From Pseudomonadota bacterium (GTDB lineage Bacteria > Pseudomonadota > Alphaproteobacteria > Rhizobiales > Xanthobacteraceae), in assembly GCA_018242205.1 (NCBI GenBank), contig JAFECJ010000001.1:31735-95734 (forward strand): DNA of 64,000 nucleotides, read 5' to 3'. The position numbers were made by a program, and so were the translations under genes. The first letter of the stretch is position 1, and the number at the start of each line of letters is the position of its first letter. The notes beneath the pieces were generated by a model. That model was not told the DNA's origin. It made no database searches and saw nothing but the letters and a program-made list of their open reading frames with translations. Below, one piece after another: positions 57,555 through 64,000 of the stretch.

Positions 57555-59609
57555 ATGGACAATCTGTGGTCCGACGAGGCCGCGCGCGCGGCGATCGCCA
57601 AATACGCCGGACAAGGCATCGACGAGGACCTGGCGCTGCGCACCTACACGACGCGGCTGCTCGGCGGCGAACCGCGCTTGGTGCAGCACGGCGGCGGCAA
57701 CACATCGGTAAAAACCAACGTCACCGATCGCCTCGGCAAGACCATCGACGTGCTGTGCGTCAAAGGCTCGGGCTGGGACATGGGCACCATCGAGCCGCCA
57801 GGGTTGCCGGCGGTCAAGCTGGCGCCACTCCTCGAACTCGCGGCGCTCGACGCCTTGAGCGACGAGGACATGGTCAACCTGCAGCGCACCAACTTGATCG
57901 ATGCGGGCTCGCCGACACCGTCGGTAGAGACGCTGCTGCACGCCTTCATCCCGCACAAATTCGTCGACCACACGCACGCCAACGCCAGTTTGTCGCTGTG
58001 CGACCGGCCGGATGGTATGGAACTTTGTAAAAAAGTATTCGGGCCGAAGGTGCCGGTGATCCCCTTCGTCATGCCGGGCTTTGCGCTGGCGAAGAAGGCG
58101 AAAGAAACCTTCGAGGCCAATCCCGACTGCATCGGCCTGATGCTTCACAAGCATGGCATCTTCTCGTTCGGCGCCACGGCGCGCGAAGCCTATGACCGCA
58201 TGATCGAGCTCGTCAGCCTCGCCGAGCGGGAACTGGGCAAGGGCGCGGGCAAGACGCTGGTGCAGGTCAAGCTGCCGGCTCAGCTTGCCAGCGCATCCGA
58301 CATCGCGCCGATCCTGCGCGGCCTGCTGGCGACGCCAATCGACATGGCCGAAGGCCGCTATGGCCGCGCCGTACTCGATCATCGCGCCACGCCGAAAGTA
58401 ATGGAATATGTGAACGGCGCCGAGCTCGCGCGTTACAGCCAGCAAGGGCCGGTGACGCCGGATCACGTCATCCGCACTAAACCGCTCCCGGTCATTCTTC
58501 CTGCGCCGGAAGCAGGCAAGCTCGATGATTTCGCCAAGGCAGCTCGCGCGGCGATCGACAAATTCCGCGCCGACTACCGCACTTATTTCGAGCGCCATAA
58601 CGCCAAAGCCAATCCGAGGAAAAAGCCGCTCGACGACACCCCGCGCGTCGCGCTGGTGCCGGGGCTCGGACTGTTCGGAATCGGGCCGACGGCGAAAGAC
58701 GCCGCCGTGACTGCCGACATCGCCGAGACCTGCGCCTCCGTGGTGCTCGATACGGAGAAGACCGGACGCTTCGAGACCATTACCGAAGCCGATCAGTTCG
58801 ACATGGAATACTGGTCGCTCGAACAGGCCAAGCTCGGCAAGTCCTCGCCGAAGCCACTGCAAGGCCAGATCGCCGTCGTCACCGGCGGAGCCGGCACCAT
58901 CGGCAAGGCGACCGCCGCGGCTCTCAAGCGCGAAGGCGCCGAGATCGTGCTGTTCGACCTCGACGCCGAGGCCGTGAAGGCTGCGGCAAAATCGCTCGGC
59001 GCTCTCGGCGTTCAATGTGATGTCACCGACCGCGCCTCGGTCGACGCCGCGTTCAAGGCGGTCACGGCCAAATTCGGCGGCGCCGATATTCTGGTTTCGA
59101 ATGCGGGCGCCGCGTGGCAAGGCCGCATCGGCGAGGTCGACGACGCCACCTTGCGTAAGAGCTTCGAGCTGAACTTCTTCGGCGCGCAGAACGTGACGCG
59201 GGCCGCGGTCAACATCATGCTGACGCAGGCGACTGGCGGCACGCTCTTGTTCAACATCTCGAAGCAGGCGGTGAACCCGGGGCCCAATTTCGGTCCCTAC
59301 GGCCTGCCCAAGGCGGCGGCGCTGGCGCTGATGCGACAATACGCCATCGACTACGGCGCTGACGGCATTACCGCGAACGGCGTCAATGCCGACCGCATCC
59401 GCTCCGGCCTGCTGACCGACGCGATGGTCGAGGCGCGCTCCAAAGCGCGCGGGGTGTCGGAACGTGATTACATGAGCGGCAACCTGCTCGGCCGCGAGGT
59501 GCGCGCTGAGGACGTCGCCGACGCTTTCGTATCGCTGGCACTGGCGCGCAAAACGACCGGCGCTGTCCTGACCGTTGACGGCGGCAATATCGCGGCGGCA
59601 CTGCGCTAG
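57555..59609 (+). CDS. Bifunctional class II aldolase / short-chain dehydrogenase
   Basis: N-terminal GGGNTSVK, PSVETLLHA, HTHANA and KHGIF (Zn ligands); C-terminal VTGGAGTIG, NAG and YGLPK (YxxxK). Confidence 0.9.
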   Translation: MDNLWSDEAARAAIAKYAGQGIDEDLALRTYTTRLLGGEPRLVQHGGGNTSVKTNVTDRLGKTIDVLCVKGSGWDMGTIEPPGLPAVKLAPLLELAALDALSDEDMVNLQRTNLIDAGSPTPSVETLLHAFIPHKFVDHTHANASLSLCDRPDGMELCKKVFGPKVPVIPFVMPGFALAKKAKETFEANPDCIGLMLHKHGIFSFGATAREAYDRMIELVSLAERELGKGAGKTLVQVKLPAQLASASDIAPILRGLLATPIDMAEGRYGRAVLDHRATPKVMEYVNGAELARYSQQGPVTPDHVIRTKPLPVILPAPEAGKLDDFAKAARAAIDKFRADYRTYFERHNAKANPRKKPLDDTPRVALVPGLGLFGIGPTAKDAAVTADIAETCASVVLDTEKTGRFETITEADQFDMEYWSLEQAKLGKSSPKPLQGQIAVVTGGAGTIGKATAAALKREGAEIVLFDLDAEAVKAAAKSLGALGVQCDVTDRASVDAAFKAVTAKFGGADILVSNAGAAWQGRIGEVDDATLRKSFELNFFGAQNVTRAAVNIMLTQATGGTLLFNISKQAVNPGPNFGPYGLPKAAALALMRQYAIDYGADGITANGVNADRIRSGLLTDAMVEARSKARGVSERDYMSGNLLGREVRAEDVADAFVSLALARKTTGAVLTVDGGNIAAALR

Positions 59610-59621
59610 CCGCCGACACAA

Positions 59622-59876
59622 TCAGGCGTCGTTGGTCAAGGCCAGCTTGCGCCGCCATTTGGCGATGAAATCGGCAACCAGAGCGGAGCTGTTCGTGGGA
59701 TCGACCGTGCGCCAGGCGGACTCCAGAGCATCAACCGCTCGCGCGCGGGCCTGAACGCTGTCGCCGGCATAGCCGACATAGGCCTTCAGCTCGGACTCGG
59801 CATGCCAAATCGTCCGATCGCTCGGATTCAAATGGCAATTCTTCAGCGCCACCACGCAATTGGCCAACACGTCCAT
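59622..59876 (-). CDS. Small hypothetical protein (84 aa, ORFan-like)
   Basis: MDVLANCVVALKNCHL...WHAESELKAYVGYAG...ADFIAKWRRKL; helical protein-like composition; lower GC3 than neighbours; weak SD. Confidence 0.5.
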   Translation of the reverse strand: MDVLANCVVALKNCHLNPSDRTIWHAESELKAYVGYAGDSVQARARAVDALESAWRTVDPTNSSALVADFIAKWRRKLALTNDA

Positions 59877-60067
59877 ATTCTCAGTATGCCCATCCCGGTT
59901 TAGGCCGCAAGGGTTGCGGCGCAGCAAGCCACAAGTGCCAAGAGCGGCCCGTCGCGCGGAGCGGGTTAGGAGAGCCCCTCGGCGGCTGCGCGGAGCGTGT
60001 TCCTTGCCCGCTGCCGGATAAACGTGCGAATACGGACTGCGCCCATGAGGTAAGGAAATACCAAACA

Positions 60068-60655
60068 ATGCCGTTTGATGCAGCCGCCTACTACAAGGCC
60101 GAATTTGTCGAGCATCGCGCCGTTGCCGAGGCAACGGAAGCCGCCCTCGCGGGTGCATTCTCAGGCCTGCTCGCAGCCTGCGCCAAATCGGTCCGCGCCG
60201 GCGGCAAGATCCTCTTTTTCGGTAATGGCGGCAGCGCGGCCGACGCCCAGCACCTCGCCGCGGAACTTACAATTCGCTACAAGAAGAACCGCGCACCAAT
60301 CGCTGCTATCGCGCTGACGACCGACACGTCCGCGATTACCGCCTGCGGCAACGACTACGGCTTCGAACAGATTTTCGCGCGTCAGATCGAGGCACTTGGC
60401 CGCCCCGGCGACGTCGCCATCGGAATTTCGACCTCCGGCAAGAGTGCGAACGTCATCGCCGGGCTCAGACAGGCCAGGACCATGGGCCTCGTCACCGCAG
60501 CCTTCGGCGGCCAGAATGGCGGCGACATGGGAGCGCTTTCAGATCACCTCATCGCCGTACCGTCGCCGGTAACGGCGCGCGTTCAGGAAATGCACATCAC
60601 GCTCGGGCAGATGCTGTGCGGGGCACTCGAGCTCGAACTCGGTTTAGTGGACTAG
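60068..60655 (+). CDS. gmhA: D-sedoheptulose 7-phosphate isomerase
   Basis: FGNGGSAADAQHLAAEL, LTTDTS, NDYGFEQIFARQ, ISTSGKS and RVQEMHI. Confidence 0.95.
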   Translation: MPFDAAAYYKAEFVEHRAVAEATEAALAGAFSGLLAACAKSVRAGGKILFFGNGGSAADAQHLAAELTIRYKKNRAPIAAIALTTDTSAITACGNDYGFEQIFARQIEALGRPGDVAIGISTSGKSANVIAGLRQARTMGLVTAAFGGQNGGDMGALSDHLIAVPSPVTARVQEMHITLGQMLCGALELELGLVD

Positions 60656-60754
60656 CCCCACCGGGCGGCCCAGCTCCGCGGCGTTCCATCCCGCCGTCCG
60701 GTTGCATTCCGCTCCGGTTTGAGGGAAGGACTAAGGTCTGGAGACCCTGAGGCC

Positions 60755-62719
60755 ATGTGCGGTATTGCAGGCTTTATGGCCGCCCCGGGGGCCGCCCCCG
60801 CGGCCGACCTGGAACGGCGGGCCCGCGCCATGGGCGACGCCCTCGCCCATCGCGGCCCGGACGATCACGGCATCTGGAGCCACGCGGAGGCCGGCATAGC
60901 CCTCTGCCAGCGGCGCCTGTCCATTGTCGACCTGTCGCCGGCCGGCCACCAGCCGATGCATTCCGGCAGTGGCCGTTACGTCATCACCTACAATGGCGAA
61001 ATCTACAATTTCCAGGACCTGCGCGCGGAGCTCGAGGGTAAAGGCGTCAGCTTCCGCGGCCACTCCGACACCGAGGTAATGCTGGAGGCCTTCGTCGCCT
61101 ACGGCATCGAACCCACCGTCAAACGGCTGATCGGCATGTTCGCCATCGCCCTGTGGGACCGGCAGACGCGCGAGCTGACGCTGATCCGCGACCGGCTCGG
61201 CATAAAGCCGCTGTACTGGGCGAAGTTCGGCAGCCTGTTCATGTTCAGCTCGGAATTGAAGGCGCTGCGCGCCATGCCCGGCTGGCTGGCGCGCATCGAC
61301 CGCCGCGCCGTCGGCTCGTATCTGCGGCACGATTACGTGCCGGCGCCGCACACGATCTATGAAGGCGTGTCGAAGCTGGAGCCCGGGACGATCCTGACCC
61401 TGCCATGGGGCGGAGAACCGAAGACCACACGCTTCTGGGACGCGCGCAGTATCGCCCGCAATGGCGTCGCCAATCCGATCGCCTGTAGCGATGCCGAACT
61501 CACCGATCAGCTCGAGGCGCTGCTTCAGGACGCGGTCAAGCGCCGCATGGTCGCCGACGTGCCGGTTGGCGCATTTCTTTCCGGCGGCGTCGACTCCTCG
61601 ACCGTCGTTGCCTTGATGCAGAGCGCCAACCAGAGCCGCGTCAAAACATTTTCGATCGGCTTCGACATCGAAGACTACAACGAAGCGCCGCATGCCGCCG
61701 CCGTCGCGCGTCATCTCAACACCGAACATACCGAGCTGACCGTCACGTCCGACGAGGCGATGGATGTCATACCGCGTCTTCCGTATATGTTCGACGAACC
61801 GTTCTCGGACTCATCGCAGATCCCGACTTTCCTTGTGTCAGCGCTGACGCGTCAGCACGTCACGGTGTCGCTCTCCGGCGACGGCGGCGATGAGCTGTTC
61901 GCCGGCTATAACCGGTATCATCTTGCGCTGAAGATGTGGCGCGGCCTGTCGATGCTGCCGGCCCCGGCGCGCCGAGCCATGGCCGCTTCGATCCGTTCGG
62001 TATCGCCTGACCGCTGGTCGCGCCTACTTTCGCCGCTCCCGGCGCGGCTGCGCGCCGGCGCGATCGGCGACAAATTGTACAAGATGGCAGACGTGCTGAC
62101 GCAGCCGGACAACAGCGCGATCTACCGGAGGCTGGTGACGCACTGGGAACCGTCCTCGGTCATGCCCGCGGCCGACGAATACGAAACGGTACTGACCGAT
62201 AAGTCGGTGTCCGCGGACCTGCCGAAGTTTCTCGATCAGATGCAGTTCCTCGATCTAGTCACCTATTTGCCGGACGACATCCTGACCAAGGTCGACCGCG
62301 CCAGCATGGCGGTAGCGCTCGAAGCGCGCGTGCCGTTGATCGATCATCGCGTCGTGGAATTCGCCTGGCGGCTGCCGCATCGCTACAAGGTCCGTAACGG
62401 CGTCAACAAGTGGCTGCTGCGTGAAGTGCTTTACCGGCACGTGCCGAAGACACTGATCGAGCGGCCGAAGATGGGCTTCGGCATTCCGATCGGCGAATGG
62501 CTGCGAGGACCGTTGCGCGACTGGGCCGAGTCGCTGTTGGACGAGCGGGGCCTCGCCGAAGAAGACTTGCTGGACGCCGCGCGTATTCGTCAGGTCTGGC
62601 AGGAGCACCTCAGCGGCCGGCGCAACTGGCAATATCTGATCTGGAACGTAGTGATGCTGCAGGCCTGGCGGCAGCACTGGATGAAGGCGTCCGTCAGCCA
62701 CGCCGCCAATATCCATTGA
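60755..62719 (+). CDS. asnB: Asparagine synthase (glutamine-hydrolyzing)-type amidotransferase
   Basis: MCGIAG (Ntn Cys2), HRGPD, YNGEIYNF, SDTEV, RDRLGIKPLY, FLSGGVDSS, LSGDGGDELF and KVDRASMAVALEARVP. Confidence 0.95.
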   Translation: MCGIAGFMAAPGAAPAADLERRARAMGDALAHRGPDDHGIWSHAEAGIALCQRRLSIVDLSPAGHQPMHSGSGRYVITYNGEIYNFQDLRAELEGKGVSFRGHSDTEVMLEAFVAYGIEPTVKRLIGMFAIALWDRQTRELTLIRDRLGIKPLYWAKFGSLFMFSSELKALRAMPGWLARIDRRAVGSYLRHDYVPAPHTIYEGVSKLEPGTILTLPWGGEPKTTRFWDARSIARNGVANPIACSDAELTDQLEALLQDAVKRRMVADVPVGAFLSGGVDSSTVVALMQSANQSRVKTFSIGFDIEDYNEAPHAAAVARHLNTEHTELTVTSDEAMDVIPRLPYMFDEPFSDSSQIPTFLVSALTRQHVTVSLSGDGGDELFAGYNRYHLALKMWRGLSMLPAPARRAMAASIRSVSPDRWSRLLSPLPARLRAGAIGDKLYKMADVLTQPDNSAIYRRLVTHWEPSSVMPAADEYETVLTDKSVSADLPKFLDQMQFLDLVTYLPDDILTKVDRASMAVALEARVPLIDHRVVEFAWRLPHRYKVRNGVNKWLLREVLYRHVPKTLIERPKMGFGIPIGEWLRGPLRDWAESLLDERGLAEEDLLDAARIRQVWQEHLSGRRNWQYLIWNVVMLQAWRQHWMKASVSHAANIH

Positions 62720-62724
62720 CGTCC

Positions 62725-63840
62725 ATGCCTCCTTCTCCGCTGCTGGTCATGCATGTCATTCCGGGTCTCCGCACCGGCGGCGCCGAGCACATGCTGGCCA
62801 CGCTCGTCGCGGCGAAGCGGCGCAACCCGTACCGGCAGGTCGTTGTCAATCTTCTGAAGGACGGCGCCAACGCCGATCGTATCCGTGCCGCCGGCGTCGA
62901 GTTGATCGAACTCGACATGCGTCACCCCGTAATGCTGCCAATTGCGGTTGTGCGGCTCGCGCGCATGATCCGCCGCATGCAGCCGGACGCGATCCAGAGC
63001 TGGCTCTATTACGGCGATCTCAGCGCCACCGCCGCGCTCGCCGTGTCGGGCCGGCGCCCGATCACGCGGCTCTATTGGGGTTTACGCTGTTCCGACATGG
63101 ATCTGAGCCGCTATCACTGGGGGCTGCGGCAGGCCATCGCGCTGTGCGCGCGCTGGTCCGGTAAACCGGATGCCGTAATCGCGAATTCGTTCGCCGGCCG
63201 CGACGTGCACCGCCAGCTTGGCTATAGGCCACGCGCCTTTCCCGTCATTCCGAACGGCATTGATACCGTTCGCTTCAGGCCCGACGCGGCGGCGCGAGAC
63301 CGCATCCGCCAGGAACTGGGCATCGCGGGCAACCGGCCGATCATCATCCATGCCGCCCGTGTCGATCCGATGAAGGATCATGCCAGCCTCATCGCCGCGG
63401 CGCGCGACCTACCCGACGCGACATTTGTCCTGGCCGGCGCCCGTACCGAAACGTTGCAGACGCCCGACAATATGATCGCGCTCGGCGCGCGCACCGATAT
63501 GCCGGACCTTTACGCCGCCGCCGATATCGCGGTGTCGTCGTCGGCTTTCGGCGAAGGCTTTTCCAACGCGATCGCAGAAGCGATGGCGAGCGGCGTCCCG
63601 GCGGTTTCGACAGATGTCGGCGACGCCGCCGCGATTATCGGCGCGGCCGGGCGTCTGGTGCCGCCACGCGATCCCGGCGCGTTGCGAGACGCCCTCGCCA
63701 CCCTGCTCGCCGAGCCGCCCGACGCGCGGGAAGCCCGTGGACGCGCGAGCCGGCACCATATCGAACAGACCTTTTCGCTCCATCGCGTGGTCGACAATTT
63801 CGACCGCCTGTTCGCTCATGGAACGCTCCCCGAGGAATAA
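62725..63840 (+). CDS. Glycosyltransferase family 4
   Basis: HVIPGLRTGGAE, VIPNGID, ARVDPMKDH, SSAFGEGFSNAIAEAMASG and TDVGD. Confidence 0.92.
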   Translation: MPPSPLLVMHVIPGLRTGGAEHMLATLVAAKRRNPYRQVVVNLLKDGANADRIRAAGVELIELDMRHPVMLPIAVVRLARMIRRMQPDAIQSWLYYGDLSATAALAVSGRRPITRLYWGLRCSDMDLSRYHWGLRQAIALCARWSGKPDAVIANSFAGRDVHRQLGYRPRAFPVIPNGIDTVRFRPDAAARDRIRQELGIAGNRPIIIHAARVDPMKDHASLIAAARDLPDATFVLAGARTETLQTPDNMIALGARTDMPDLYAAADIAVSSSAFGEGFSNAIAEAMASGVPAVSTDVGDAAAIIGAAGRLVPPRDPGALRDALATLLAEPPDAREARGRASRHHIEQTFSLHRVVDNFDRLFAHGTLPEE

Positions 63841-63979
63841 AATGAAGCGGTGAAACCGCGCTTTGACGTTGACTTGGGACCTATTTTTGGACGAAATGCC
63901 ATCGAAAATCCTGTTACGCCACCCATCGCAATAAATAACACCCGCTTCAAACAAGCGCCGTTTCGCAAAGGACCGAGGG

Positions 63980-64000
63980 ATGAGTCACGCCGCCACGTTC
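63980..64000 (+). CDS. Start of the next CDS (truncated by window end)
   Basis: GAGGG then ATG AGT CAC GCC GCC ACG TTC. Confidence 0.35.

Noticed and set aside
57552-59621. 689-aa antisense ORF opposite the aldolase-SDR gene
   Set aside because: Exact antisense shadow of a well-supported gene

Overview
64 kb of a high-GC alphaproteobacterial chromosome, most like Hyphomicrobiales (Nitrobacteraceae/Xanthobacteraceae). The placement is inferred from ccrM, the mutY-DUF721-dsbA-smc synteny, petABC-trmL-hemF, mbfA with an Irr box and the family-typical palindromic intergenic repeats. The window is mostly core and metabolic genes, about 66 CDS. I found no rRNA, tRNA, CRISPR array, integrase or transposase. 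Blocks in order: ccrM (5' truncated); ridA-PLP aminotransferase-hypothetical-cinA; mutY/DUF721/dsbA/smc; lemA-htpX-GNAT; petABC, mtnP and apt; trmL-hemF; a porin; DUF1285-Nudix-DUF6111-cca divergent from a MoxR-DUF58-BatA/DUF4159-vWA operon; GST/LysE/mbfA; a hydroxy-acid, TRAP and gentisate catabolic patch interrupted by rfbBA; egtBD divergent from mtnA and an aldolase-SDR fusion; and the start of a gmhA-asnB-GT4 surface polysaccharide cluster. The best novelty candidates are (i) a structured, riboswitch-like 5' leader of the ergothioneine operon egtBD, (ii) mtnA coupled to a class II aldolase-SDR fusion that could run a DHAP-shunt salvage of MTA or 5'-deoxyadenosine in one polypeptide, (iii) an unannotated ~85-nt sRNA with an EcfG-type promoter and a C-rich loop, and (iv) a His-rich secreted peptide divergent from a DUF6065-like gene. 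All family calls come from motif recognition by eye; no database searches were run.
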